Below are positions 10,160-19,900 of a stretch of 52,475 bases of DNA, piece by piece. This DNA is from Bacilli bacterium. Its GTDB lineage: Bacteria > Bacillota_I > Bacilli_A > RF39 > UBA660. The notes beneath the pieces were generated by a model. It saw only the letters and a program-made list of their open reading frames with translations, did not search any database and was not told where the DNA came from. Both the position numbers and the translations under genes were made by a program. Numbering within the stretch: the first letter of the stretch is position 1; every line of letters begins with the position of its first letter. Where the stretch lies: NCBI GenBank assembly GCA_035392025.1, contig DAOPMC010000003.1, forward strand, positions 1-52,475. Reading direction: 5' to 3'.

Positions 10160-12169
10160 TTACTCACCTTCTTTTTCCTCACTTTCAATAAAACATATTT
10201 CTAATTTTGCTAATCTTCCTTTTTTAATAATATCTTCACTACCTGTTGTTAAGTTATATTCAAATATATTGCTATCAATTATTTCAGCTAACTGCATCAT
10301 TTCTCTATGAGAAAATGGTTTTGCCAAATACATAATCGCAAATAATTTATTATGTTCTTTATGATATTCAATCTCATAATCTGTATTAGTGAATTTCTCT
10401 GATATTTTTGAAAATAACACCTTCAATTCATTTAACAATTTTTTGTTTTTTACTTCTTCCTCTTCAGTAGTTAATCTGGGTTGTGAAACTTTTTTCATAA
10501 ATCTATCAGACATTGATGTTTTGTTAATCTTTAAATTTTCAACAGTAAAATATGTATTGGTTAATTTTTGTAAAGGATTGATCTTTCTTTCTATTTTTCC
10601 TTTCTGATAACAAGAAAACTTTTGAAAAACAATAGTATCACGAAATATCGGATAACCAACAACAGGAAAAATTATTGTCTTGTAATGCAACTGCTTTATT
10701 TCATCAGCAGTAAGTAGCTGCCTACCCATTAAATTAGTATTTTTACTACCAGAATTATTGACAAAGCTCAATGAGTAATTTAATGAACTTGACTCGATAG
10801 TTTGATTGCCTAATCTTTTACTAACTATTTCCGCCGTTTCTTGAGTATTGGTTTTCAAATATGCAAGACCACAGTTATCCATAATTATTTGTGATGTTTC
10901 TTTTCCATATAAATTATCTAATTGAGCAAAGCTTTGTATAAAGAATTGAAATCTCATACCCCTACTTCTTGCTACACTAACTATTGTTTCTATATCATTC
11001 AATGGTGGACAGTTAGCAAATTCATCCAATAAGAAATCAATCTCAATTGGAAGTTTTTTATTTTCTTGCATATTAGCAAGTTTTACAAGCTCTCTATATA
11101 AAAGTCCAATTATAATTGTAATTAAAGTAAAATAAGTTTTATCTTCATCTGGAACTATGAAAAAAAGAGCTGTCGACTCTTTACCTAAAATATCAAAATC
11201 AAAAGATGAACTACTTGTAATATTTTCTACATTTATATCATCAAATAAACTCATTTTTTCATTAAAAACTGAAGTAATGGACTTATAAGTATTTTCTGAA
11301 CTAGATAGAATTGATGTCAATGAATCTTTACTTTTAAGACCATATTGTTTATCTTCAATATACGCCTTTAATCTTTTGTAATTAACATCAGTCATACTAG
11401 AATTTTGAAATTTTTTAATAGAAGATAAAGTGATTTGTTCTCTATTAATTTTCCCACTTTTATACTCTTCTAAAAAAAGACCGATTATTCCTTCAAGTAA
11501 GTTTTTAGCACTATTGTTCCAAAATGGATCTTGCGAACTTTTTTCTGTCATTATTATTGTAGATAACGAGGTAATTAATCTGTTATTTTCTGCAAGATGT
11601 TGCATACTTTCATTATTGTATTTAATTTTATCATCTTCATTAATAGACATCATTGACTTTTTCTCATATTCTATATACTTCTCATATTCTATAATTATTG
11701 ATTCTAACAAATTAATTTTATTAGACATTTCTGGACTTCTAAAATCTATTGTAATAATCTTATATCCATTATCTTGAAACATTTTTGAAGTAGCATTAAA
11801 TATCTCACTTTTAGGATCGGTTATAAAAACACTTCGTTTAGTCTTTGCAGTTGCAATAAAACTGCACATAGGAATTACAGCAGTTACACTTTTACCACTA
11901 CCTGTTGAGCCTAAATATAACCAATGAGGTGTTGTATTATCAAACCATACCTTTTTATTGTCTTTGCTATAATAAATTGGAAAACCTACTTTATTAATAT
12001 TACTGGTGTACTCACATGAAAAGTTCTTCTTTATCTCACTTGTAGTTGACCATCTGGCACTGCCATGTTCATTTTTGTTTTTTATCTTTTCCTTTGCAAT
12101 TTTTGGTTCAAAATAATATAAATAAACTATCATTATAAATATTAAGATTAAAATTATAATAATATCCAT
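10160..12169 (-). CDS. type IV coupling protein (VirD4/TraG family)
   Basis: N-terminal TM segment, Walker A (LGSTGSGKS), DEF Walker B-like region (LLDEFAN). Sits in an operon with the relaxase and T4SS genes. Confidence 0.85.
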   Translation of the reverse strand: MDIIIILILIFIMIVYLYYFEPKIAKEKIKNKNEHGSARWSTTSEIKKNFSCEYTSNINKVGFPIYYSKDNKKVWFDNTTPHWLYLGSTGSGKSVTAVIPMCSFIATAKTKRSVFITDPKSEIFNATSKMFQDNGYKIITIDFRSPEMSNKINLLESIIIEYEKYIEYEKKSMMSINEDDKIKYNNESMQHLAENNRLITSLSTIIMTEKSSQDPFWNNSAKNLLEGIIGLFLEEYKSGKINREQITLSSIKKFQNSSMTDVNYKRLKAYIEDKQYGLKSKDSLTSILSSSENTYKSITSVFNEKMSLFDDINVENITSSSSFDFDILGKESTALFFIVPDEDKTYFTLITIIIGLLYRELVKLANMQENKKLPIEIDFLLDEFANCPPLNDIETIVSVARSRGMRFQFFIQSFAQLDNLYGKETSQIIMDNCGLAYLKTNTQETAEIVSKRLGNQTIESSSLNYSLSFVNNSGSKNTNLMGRQLLTADEIKQLHYKTIIFPVVGYPIFRDTIVFQKFSCYQKGKIERKINPLQKLTNTYFTVENLKINKTSMSDRFMKKVSQPRLTTEEEEVKNKKLLNELKVLFSKISEKFTNTDYEIEYHKEHNKLFAIMYLAKPFSHREMMQLAEIIDSNIFEYNLTTGSEDIIKKGRLAKLEICFIESEEKEGE

Positions 12170-12579
12170 TAGCTCATATCCACTTCATAATTATTATTTA
12201 TATCTATATAGTTTTTAAAATATCTATTTTTCAGTAATTCACCTTTAAATTTACAATATTCAGCTTCAATAGGAAAAGTAATCCATACTTCTTCTTCACA
12301 TTCCCCATAATTTTCAATATCTGGCAAATACTTTTGATCATATAAAATAACTGAATGACTTTCATCATCAAATGTTATAATTCTCATACCATTTTCTTCT
12401 ATTTGTTCCTTAATTACCTGCTCTGGTTTAATTGTATTATCTAAAAATATTGACTCAACTATCCAATGCTTATCAGTTATATCAATATTATTTTCAGATA
12501 GTTCTATCTTCTTTTCTATTGGTAACATTTTGCTTAAAACTTGATAATGATAATTATTTTTCATTGCAAACATCTCCAT
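12169..12579 (-). CDS. hypothetical protein
   Basis: ORF translationally coupled to the coupling-protein gene. No motif recognised. Confidence 0.5.
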   Translation of the reverse strand: MEMFAMKNNYHYQVLSKMLPIEKKIELSENNIDITDKHWIVESIFLDNTIKPEQVIKEQIEENGMRIITFDDESHSVILYDQKYLPDIENYGECEEEVWITFPIEAEYCKFKGELLKNRYFKNYIDINNNYEVDMS

Positions 12580-12817
12580 TATTGTTAGAGTAAACTATAT
12601 CATATAATTCATTATAATTATTTTTCTTAATTAATACCAAAAACTGCAAATAGTTTTTTTGAATAATATCAGTTTCTTTATTAAAACTATTCTCTAATTT
12701 TAATATTTCCTTTTCATCTTTTTTTAACTTTTCTAGTAATTTTACCCTTTGCTCTTCATACGTTTTTAATTTCTTTTGAAACTCTAAAAATTCATTGTTT
12801 ATCTTTGCAAAATCCAT
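12554..12817 (-). CDS. hypothetical coiled-coil protein
   Basis: 87-aa ORF in the same operon. Confidence 0.45.
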   Translation of the reverse strand: MDFAKINNEFLEFQKKLKTYEEQRVKLLEKLKKDEKEILKLENSFNKETDIIQKNYLQFLVLIKKNNYNELYDIVYSNNNGDVCNEK

Positions 12818-12872
12818 TTACACAATCCCCTTCCTTAAATATGCCTTCTAAAACACTATTCATTTTAACCTC

Positions 12873-13118
12873 CTAAAGTCTATTTCTATAAAATGAAAAA
12901 GATGGAAGTATCCCCCATCTTTCTCTAAGTATATAATTATAATCTACATTTAAAAATTTACTTAATCTATATAAAAGAACATTACTCGGATTCTGTATTT
13001 TTCCATTCTCTAAATTACTTAAAGTAGAAGCAGAAGTATCAGTCATCTTTGATAATGTCTCTAAACTTAAATTATTTTTTAATCTATTTTCTTTTAAGAG
13101 TCGCCCTAATTCTAACAA
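12873..13118 (-). CDS. XRE-family helix-turn-helix regulator
   Basis: LKENRLKNNLSLETLSKMTDTSASTLSNLENGK is a classic Cro/CI HTH. Confidence 0.8.
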   Translation of the reverse strand: MLELGRLLKENRLKNNLSLETLSKMTDTSASTLSNLENGKIQNPSNVLLYRLSKFLNVDYNYILRERWGILPSFSFYRNRL

Positions 13119-13199
13119 TAATAAATCACCTCCTTTTCTTTTTATTCCAATTCCTCCCTTTGTTCCATGTACCCAATATTATTTCTATTAGAGTATGTG

Positions 13200-13223
13200 T
13201 TTGCAATTTTAAATAATTGCAAA
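13200..13223. promoter_or_regulatory. inverted repeat TTTGCAATT-N6-AATTGCAAA upstream of the XRE gene (candidate operator)
   Basis: 9-bp perfect arms read directly, about 85 nt upstream of the start at 13118. Confidence 0.45.
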
Positions 13224-13290
13224 TCACAAAAGCATTACGAAATAATTTGCCTAAAACAAAGGGAATTTTCTCGGCATAAATTCCTACATA

Positions 13291-14646
13291 TCACTGTTTT
13301 TCATAATTAAATAGTTCACTAAACTTTTTGGCTGCTTCTTCCATTTCGTGATTTATGTTTTTAAATGCTTTCTCAACTTCCCTTTTATATTGAAACTTAT
13401 TGGCTTTAGCACTCTTAAAATAATTATTTAATAAATGCTTTCTTCTTTTTTTATCATCTTTTTCCCTGTTTTCAATCGTTTTTTCGTATGCTATTTCTTG
13501 TATAAGATCATCTATTGTTATCTTATCTGATGTAGCTCTGGATTTAACTATTTTTTCAACATCTCTATATTTGTATAAAGCATGATTGACTATTGAATTT
13601 AAAATGTAATTATTGATATACTCTTCCTTACTGCTAATTAATTTATTACTCTCTATTATTGAGTCAATATTATTTTCCTCATTTAACTTTTGAAAATATT
13701 TATTTAATTTATCCAGATCAATATTTATCTCATTACGACATTTATATAAATCAGAATTTTTATTATCAAATAAATATGATTTTATATCTTTAGTCAATTT
13801 TTTTATTTCTCTACCAAGTTTATTATTTTTTATTGAATTATACTTTACTCCCTTACTATTTTGATTAAAAGTATTTCTATATTCATCTAGTAATAAACCT
13901 AGCTTCAATATGTTTTCTTCAAAAATTATTTCGTTTGACTCTCTTAATATAAAATTATTGTCTTTAGGATTGAAATATCTTTTCAAATCATCTATATCTT
14001 CATTTGTCTTAATCAACAATGGCTTATATATTTTTTCTTTCTCAACAATATGAACAACTTGCCTTTTTAAAAAATCTAGTGAATCTTCACTAATTTTCCC
14101 CATTCTTCTATATTTTATATTGCCATCCTTTTGAATAAAGTTTGGCTCTTTCTCAATAAATGAGAAGTGCAAGTGATAATTGTCTGTGTTAGTATGCAAA
14201 GCTAATTCATAACTCATTTTCTTTATGTCTTTAAATCCAATATATTTTAAAAACTTTGGTATTACTTCAACGGCTATTTTCCTTTCTAATTCATCTAATG
14301 AAATATTTTCATCAATATAATCATTAGGAAAAGAAATAACACCTTTCCATAAATTAGAATTTTGTAACCAATTGATATATTGATTTTTTCGTTTATCAAT
14401 TTCTTTCTTCGTAGCATATTCACCATTTTCCAAAATCAAATTTGTTTTTTTCTTTTTATAAAGTCCAGCATAATAATCAAACATTCCAATACAGCCCTTT
14501 TCTATATCAGAGTAATAATCAAACATACCTACTGCATCCTTATTTCTTTCAATTTGATAATTTTGATTTCTACTTTTTTTATTATCTCTATTATTAATCG
14601 CTAATAAAAAATCACAAACATAAACAGTCTTTGGACTCTTATCCAT
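13291..14646 (-). CDS. conjugative relaxase (MOBP/MobL-like, three-His motif)
   Basis: HTNTDNYHLHFSF matches the HxDxxxxHxH relaxase metal-binding motif. The N-terminus has a tandem GMFDYY..GMFDYY pair (candidate catalytic Tyr). RHH accessory genes and an oriT-like region lie upstream. Confidence 0.75.
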   Translation of the reverse strand: MDKSPKTVYVCDFLLAINNRDNKKSRNQNYQIERNKDAVGMFDYYSDIEKGCIGMFDYYAGLYKKKKTNLILENGEYATKKEIDKRKNQYINWLQNSNLWKGVISFPNDYIDENISLDELERKIAVEVIPKFLKYIGFKDIKKMSYELALHTNTDNYHLHFSFIEKEPNFIQKDGNIKYRRMGKISEDSLDFLKRQVVHIVEKEKIYKPLLIKTNEDIDDLKRYFNPKDNNFILRESNEIIFEENILKLGLLLDEYRNTFNQNSKGVKYNSIKNNKLGREIKKLTKDIKSYLFDNKNSDLYKCRNEINIDLDKLNKYFQKLNEENNIDSIIESNKLISSKEEYINNYILNSIVNHALYKYRDVEKIVKSRATSDKITIDDLIQEIAYEKTIENREKDDKKRRKHLLNNYFKSAKANKFQYKREVEKAFKNINHEMEEAAKKFSELFNYEKQ

Positions 14647-14968
14647 TTATCTTACTCTCTTTTGTTTCTCGCAACTCTTGATAACATTTATCTTTGTTTT
14701 TATCCATATTCATTGCATAACCATTATTAACAAAATCTTGAACTGTTAAATCAAAATGAATATGTTGCAATTTTGAAATTTTTTCTACTTCTAATGCAAT
14801 AGTTTTTAATCCACCATTTAATTCTTCTAAAACATTAAATGGTTGGGGACTTAATAATTCTTTTGCTAATATTTCATTGATTAATGAGTTAATTGATTTT
14901 TTTGTTTCAACATTTAATCCATTTAACTTATTATGTATCTCATCATCTAATCTCAAAGTTATTCTCAA
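14639..14968 (-). CDS. ribbon-helix-helix relaxosome accessory protein
   Basis: The N-terminus MRITLRLDDEIHNKL is a typical CopG/RHH beta-strand start. Overlaps the relaxase start. Confidence 0.6.
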   Translation of the reverse strand: MRITLRLDDEIHNKLNGLNVETKKSINSLINEILAKELLSPQPFNVLEELNGGLKTIALEVEKISKLQHIHFDLTVQDFVNNGYAMNMDKNKDKCYQELRETKESKING

Positions 14969-14987
14969 TCTATCACCTCCTATAAAA

Positions 14988-15191
14988 TTATTTTTGAATT
15001 TTCTTTAATTGTTCTTCTCTTGTAGATAGCAAACCAATTTCAATTAATTGAACTATTTGATCTTGCAATGAGAATTTATTTTTATCAGCTAACCTTTTCA
15101 ATATTAACTTTAATTCTTCATCCATTCTTATCATTACTTTAACCTTATACAAATTATCAACCTCCCAATATTTTAAAATCAATGGTGTCAT
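14988..15191 (-). CDS. ribbon-helix-helix protein (start probably internal, near 15134-15152)
   Basis: MIRMDEELKLILKRLADKNKFSLQDQIVQLIEIGL is RHH-like. Confidence 0.55.
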   Translation of the reverse strand: MTPLILKYWEVDNLYKVKVMIRMDEELKLILKRLADKNKFSLQDQIVQLIEIGLLSTREEQLKKIQK

Positions 15192-15467
15192 TTTTAATTG
15201 AAAAGTGAACTAAAATCCACCAAATTGCTCTGTTTTTTTCAAAGAGCATAAGACGCTGCCAACTTTTATAGCTCAATCCCTTATAAATAAAGGGCTTGAG
15301 CAGTTGGCAACTTTTTTCGCACTTGCGAAAAATAGTGTCATTAGAAATTTCTAATGACACTATTGGTTGTTTGAAACCTTATTTTTATTGAATTTCAATG
15401 ACACCAAATCTTTATTTCTTATGACACCATGTGTTTTTTTGACTATATCTTATGACACTATATAGTT
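15192..15467 (-). promoter_or_regulatory. candidate oriT / relaxosome assembly region
   Basis: Contains a 28-bp perfect palindrome at 15334..15361 (agtgtcattagaaa|tttctaatgacact). ATGACAC(C/T) iterons lie at 15354, 15398, 15421 and 15452, with an inverted copy at 15184-15191. Extra inverted repeats: GCCAACT/AGTTGGC (15258-15308) and TTCGCA/TGCGAA (15316-15328). Confidence 0.55.
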
Positions 15468-16328
15468 TTAATTATTCCAATTTATAAGTGAAAATCCATC
15501 TAAAAGATTCCCAAAATCATCACTTACTTGGAAATGTAAATGATTTCCCGTACTAAATCCTGTTGTTCCCACTTTTGCAATTAATTGATTGGTAGTTACT
15601 TCATCACCTTCACTAATTGTTGAGCTTTCGGGATACAAATGTCCGTAATAAATGTAATAATTTTTATTATCAATATTACATCTTATTCTTATAGAATTAC
15701 CATTTTTATTACCACTAATATCATACGTTGTATTTTCCTTTTGAGTAAAGTATACTGATTCAACTACTCCATCACATACAGAAAATACATCTGTTTCTTC
15801 GGGAACTGCCAAATCCCAACCAGAGTGATTATCAACTTCATTGTAAATTATTCTTTCTTCAAACACATGACTTGTTACAGTAAAATTAGTTTGAAGTGGC
15901 AACGAGAAGATTGGATTATTTACTTTTAAATATTCTTTATTCTCTTCTATTTGTGATGAAGTACAAGCACTCATATTATATAATATCTTATTACTTAAAC
16001 AAACTTCTTCAATAGTTTTCAAGTTTTTTGTTTCTTCATTTAGATTCAGTAAATATAAATCATCAAAAGTTAAATCATCATTTTCTAAATAAAAATACAA
16101 TATTCTGGATAAAGGAACATAACCTTTATCCAGGTACTTATTTAAAGAAGATTTATAACTATCAGAATATTTTGCATTATCTTTCAGTATATCGCTATTT
16201 AGATTTACTCCGAAAAAATCCAGCATCATAAGAACTGAGATCATTATAACCAATATAAGAATTGTAGTTAATATGCTACTTCCAAATATTATCTTCAATA
16301 GTCTATTTTTCTTTTTCTTATTAAACAT
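15468..16328 (-). CDS. membrane-anchored M23 (LytM-type) peptidoglycan hydrolase of the T4SS
   Basis: N-terminal TM segment. HSGWDLA (HxxxD) and GNHLHFQV (HxH) metallopeptidase motifs. Confidence 0.85.
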   Translation of the reverse strand: MFNKKKKNRLLKIIFGSSILTTILILVIMISVLMMLDFFGVNLNSDILKDNAKYSDSYKSSLNKYLDKGYVPLSRILYFYLENDDLTFDDLYLLNLNEETKNLKTIEEVCLSNKILYNMSACTSSQIEENKEYLKVNNPIFSLPLQTNFTVTSHVFEERIIYNEVDNHSGWDLAVPEETDVFSVCDGVVESVYFTQKENTTYDISGNKNGNSIRIRCNIDNKNYYIYYGHLYPESSTISEGDEVTTNQLIAKVGTTGFSTGNHLHFQVSDDFGNLLDGFSLINWNN

Positions 16329-16678
16329 CAGATTTCCATTTCCTCTTCAATTTTATTTATATCTTCTATTACTTTTAGAGAAGTAGTATAAAAATCATAT
16401 TGAGTTTTAATACTATCAGACATAGTATAAATATTCTTATCTCGATTATAATTATTTAAGAAATCACTTACTATTTCATCTTTAAGTTCTGAAGCGGTTT
16501 CTATTAAATAATCCTCAATTTTTTCTCTAGAATTTGAATCTAATAAATCATTATAAATTCTATTTGCCACATCAACATCAGTTTCTTCATTCTCTTGACA
16601 ATCACTATATTCATAAAAGTCAAAATCTTTAGCAAATTCTTGAAGTTTATTAGCAATCTCGTATATATCCTTTTTCAA
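16328..16678 (-). CDS. hypothetical highly acidic protein
   Basis: 116-aa ORF rich in D/E, translationally coupled. Confidence 0.5.
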   Translation of the reverse strand: MKKDIYEIANKLQEFAKDFDFYEYSDCQENEETDVDVANRIYNDLLDSNSREKIEDYLIETASELKDEIVSDFLNNYNRDKNIYTMSDSIKTQYDFYTTSLKVIEDINKIEEEMEI

Positions 16679-16690
16679 AATAATTACCTC

Positions 16691-17089
16691 CTACTTTTTA
16701 ATTTCATTTATTTCTTTTAAATTATCACTAATAATCTCTTTTACATTTTCAGTTAAACTTGCATACTTATCATTGTTCATAATATAAGATTTGAGATTAT
16801 CATAATCTTCAATACTCTTGCAATAAACATAAGTTTCTTCATTACTTCCATTTACTGTTTCTCTAAAGCAAACTGCTTTTTGCTCATCACTACATAAAAT
16901 CTTTCCCATATTTTTTGCATCAAATTCACTAGATAGCAAAAAAGAAGGTAACAAAGAAATCTCTTCATTACCTTTATCTACCACTTTATCACTATCTACG
17001 AACTGATATTTTTTTATATCACATTCAAATAGTCTATCAATAGTTGTTTTTCTATTTTTTGCACTATAAGTTACTCTTTCTAAAATCAT
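16691..17089 (-). CDS. hypothetical protein
   Basis: 132-aa ORF whose start overlaps the 3' end of the VirB4-like gene (stop 17086) in the operon. Confidence 0.5.
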   Translation of the reverse strand: MILERVTYSAKNRKTTIDRLFECDIKKYQFVDSDKVVDKGNEEISLLPSFLLSSEFDAKNMGKILCSDEQKAVCFRETVNGSNEETYVYCKSIEDYDNLKSYIMNNDKYASLTENVKEIISDNLKEINEIKK

Positions 17090-19620
17090 AATTCTTCACC
17101 CATTAATGTCCTTTCCATATCACTAGCTCTAACCCATAATCTTAATCTCTTTTTACTATTTATTGTTAATAAGAATTCCCCTTGTACTGCTCTTAATAGA
17201 AACTCTTTTTGAGTATCAGTTAGAGGATTTTCATAAAACAACTTTAGGTAAGAAGATAAGTCATCCTCTTTCAGCATACCAACAAGCTGATATTGGCAAT
17301 TATTAAAAATAGCGGTGGCACTTCGTATCACTTCACTCTCTCCAATGAAATCCCTAATACTTTGAGTAGCAGGTATAAAAGCACCATCATATTTTCTTAT
17401 TCTTCTTGCAATCTGCTCAAAGGTTAATATTACATCACTATTATTATTTTTAATATATAAATGAAATTCATCTACAACTATTGCAATCTTTTTATGATCA
17501 CCACTATTTTTTAAACCATCATTCAAGATTTTATTGCTAACTATAATGTTATTCAAGTAAGTCAATAAATTAACAATTTGAGTGTTAATTATTCTTTTGT
17601 TTCCACTATACATTAAGTCTTTAAGATTAAATGCTATCAAATCATTATCAAGATTTACAGTAGTATATCCATTGAATAACATAGCATCAGTACCAACAGC
17701 AAATCGTTCAAGTAAAATTTCTAATTGATCAATTATCTTTATCTTTTCAGGATTGACTATTATCTCTTTATATCTAGGTACAAATTTAATTAAATCATTA
17801 AATATTGGATAATCTTTATTTGAAAGTTTCTCTAGTTGAGAAATAGAAGTAGTTTTAGTAATTCCATATTCTTTATACATTCTTTCAATCATATCTAATA
17901 AAACAACAATTTCTTTTTCACTTATATTTTCAAAAGCACATTTTAAAAATGTTTCCAAGAATCCCAAATGCTTTGATAACGGGAAATCGTTTGAACTCAT
18001 TGTATTAATTTTACTTTTTTCTTCCGCCTCATTAGGGAGAAATCTAACTTGTAATGGATTGATTATTCCACCAGATGTAGAATACAAATCTATATACTCC
18101 CCATTATTTCGTTTTACTAATTTTTCGTATTCACCCTCTGCATCAAATATAAAGATTTTAGTTCCTCGATTTATTTCATTTACTATCATTTTCTTTAATG
18201 TAAAAGATTTACCGCCGCCTGTTGATGATATTATTGCCAAATTATGACTCGGTCTTGATTTATCATTTTTATTAAATATATCAAAAACTATTGGTAATGC
18301 CGTGTGAATATCTAATCCCATTATATACCCACTATGATCATTAAAGTTAGTTACTGTTAATGGAAAACCTGCACCTAATGTTAATGTAGGTAGATACAAC
18401 GAATAGTCCTCTGTAACATTTGTTGTTATATCAAAACTCTGCCACATTTCATATTGTCTAACTCTAGGAATATCTAATTTTATCTTATACATATCAGCAA
18501 TTTTTTTAAGTTCTTTTAACTTATCTTCTCTTTCCTTTTTTGAGCCTGTTATAGCAATGATAAAATTGACCTCTTTTATTTTTTCATCACCAGATTTTAT
18601 TTGTGTCATCAATGCTTGAAAGTTTTCTTTTTCAATATCCATTTCAGTAGCATTGCTTAATTTTCTGGTACTACTACGATCTGATAATAAAAATTGATAA
18701 GATGAGTCTAAAATATTGACTAAATTATCAGTGTTTATTGTATCTTTTATATGTATACAACATCTTGTATTAGGAACATTGAACACCTCTTCAAAGAATA
18801 ATTCATCTAAAAATGGTGGTATATTTTTTATACTAACCATTTGAACTTCGAGTTCATCAAATTTAATGAAATTAGATTTTTCAGAAATATGATATGGAGT
18901 TATTAAATCAACTAAATTGCACCACAATAACTGCTCTAAACTTGAATTACTTAAATATAAATTAATTAGAAATTGATATATTTCTAACTTATTATTTAAA
19001 CACTCTATTGGTAATCTTGGATTTATGTTGCAGCATGATTGCTCAATCTCACCCACTGCTTTTGTAAGTAAAGTAGTATTTTTAGAAATAACTGCAAAAT
19101 AATACTTGCTAGTAACAGTTAGGTTGTCTGCTTCTAATAACTCAAACAAGTTCAATCTTTCAGACAAAAACTTTGCTCTACTTTCGTTATTTTCAAACTT
19201 CCTTATTAAATCATTATAATAATCTTTATTCGCATTAAGATTAATACGATCATCTAATTTATAAATTCTTAAATCTAAGTTTTTTATTTGATATAAGAAT
19301 TTTAGTTGATTAAAAAATGATAATTTTTGATTATTGCTAGTAAGCGATAAATCAACAGCTTCAACAGATATTACTTTAGCAACTTCTCCTGTCTTTAAAT
19401 ATATAATTCCATCTTCAACCTTATCTATATTGAAATAGCTTTTGGAATTCTTTATTTTTTTCTTCAATACACTCTTTAAAATATAGTCTTTCTTTTTATT
19501 TTTTTCTCTTTTTATAAGCTTTTTTATCAAACTTTCCTCTTTTTTTGTAGGATTATATTCCTGCTTCTTTTCTAATTCTTGTGAATAATTCACCAACAAT
19601 CGCCACCTTTCTATTTTCAA
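17086..19620 (-). CDS. VirB4/TcpF/PrgJ-like conjugative T4SS ATPase
   Basis: Walker A (SSTGGGKSF), Walker B (IAIVVDEFH). Size and position next to VirB3- and VirB6-like genes fit. The true start may lie downstream of 19620. Confidence 0.85.
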   Translation of the reverse strand: MKIERWRLLVNYSQELEKKQEYNPTKKEESLIKKLIKREKNKKKDYILKSVLKKKIKNSKSYFNIDKVEDGIIYLKTGEVAKVISVEAVDLSLTSNNQKLSFFNQLKFLYQIKNLDLRIYKLDDRINLNANKDYYNDLIRKFENNESRAKFLSERLNLFELLEADNLTVTSKYYFAVISKNTTLLTKAVGEIEQSCCNINPRLPIECLNNKLEIYQFLINLYLSNSSLEQLLWCNLVDLITPYHISEKSNFIKFDELEVQMVSIKNIPPFLDELFFEEVFNVPNTRCCIHIKDTINTDNLVNILDSSYQFLLSDRSSTRKLSNATEMDIEKENFQALMTQIKSGDEKIKEVNFIIAITGSKKEREDKLKELKKIADMYKIKLDIPRVRQYEMWQSFDITTNVTEDYSLYLPTLTLGAGFPLTVTNFNDHSGYIMGLDIHTALPIVFDIFNKNDKSRPSHNLAIISSTGGGKSFTLKKMIVNEINRGTKIFIFDAEGEYEKLVKRNNGEYIDLYSTSGGIINPLQVRFLPNEAEEKSKINTMSSNDFPLSKHLGFLETFLKCAFENISEKEIVVLLDMIERMYKEYGITKTTSISQLEKLSNKDYPIFNDLIKFVPRYKEIIVNPEKIKIIDQLEILLERFAVGTDAMLFNGYTTVNLDNDLIAFNLKDLMYSGNKRIINTQIVNLLTYLNNIIVSNKILNDGLKNSGDHKKIAIVVDEFHLYIKNNNSDVILTFEQIARRIRKYDGAFIPATQSIRDFIGESEVIRSATAIFNNCQYQLVGMLKEDDLSSYLKLFYENPLTDTQKEFLLRAVQGEFLLTINSKKRLRLWVRASDMERTLMGEEL

Positions 19621-19891
19621 TATTTTTATTTAAAAATATAGCTTCTTTAGTTGATAATATATATTTAAGAAACATCCCCAATACTTTATACATTCTATTC
19701 TTTTTACTTACAGTAACAGGAATTAACATAAAGATACCGATTACTAATAATGCTAATGAAAAAAGTTTTAAACTTGTAAAACTGAACAATATTATAAATA
19801 TAAAAAGAATTGGAGTACCTATTATCAAATCTGCTACTTCAATTCCTTTAAACCCTAAATTTCTTTTAATTGATTTAACTGTAATATACAC
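19553..19891 (-). CDS. PrgI/VirB3-like small two-TM T4SS protein
   Basis: 112 aa with two adjacent hydrophobic helices, immediately upstream of VirB4. Confidence 0.55.
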   Translation of the reverse strand: MYITVKSIKRNLGFKGIEVADLIIGTPILFIFIILFSFTSLKLFSLALLVIGIFMLIPVTVSKKNRMYKVLGMFLKYILSTKEAIFLNKNIENRKVAIVGELFTRIRKEAGI

Positions 19892-19900
19892 ATATACCTC

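Noticed and set aside
13291-14646. Tandem GMFDYY..GMFDYY in the relaxase as a sign of frameshift or assembly duplication
   Set aside because: The two copies are separated by 8 different codons and differ at the DNA level, and the frame is intact. It is more likely a genuine pair of Tyr motifs.
15157-15360. 67-aa minus-strand ORF in the relaxase-upstream intergenic region
   Set aside because: It has no RBS and sits entirely on palindromes and iterons, so it is better explained as a non-coding oriT/operator region.
15334-15467. Repeated ATGACAC motifs as a possible CRISPR-like array
   Set aside because: The repeats are only 7-12 bp with irregular spacing (44, 23 and 31 bp), and there are no cas genes. 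They are iterons, not CRISPR repeats.
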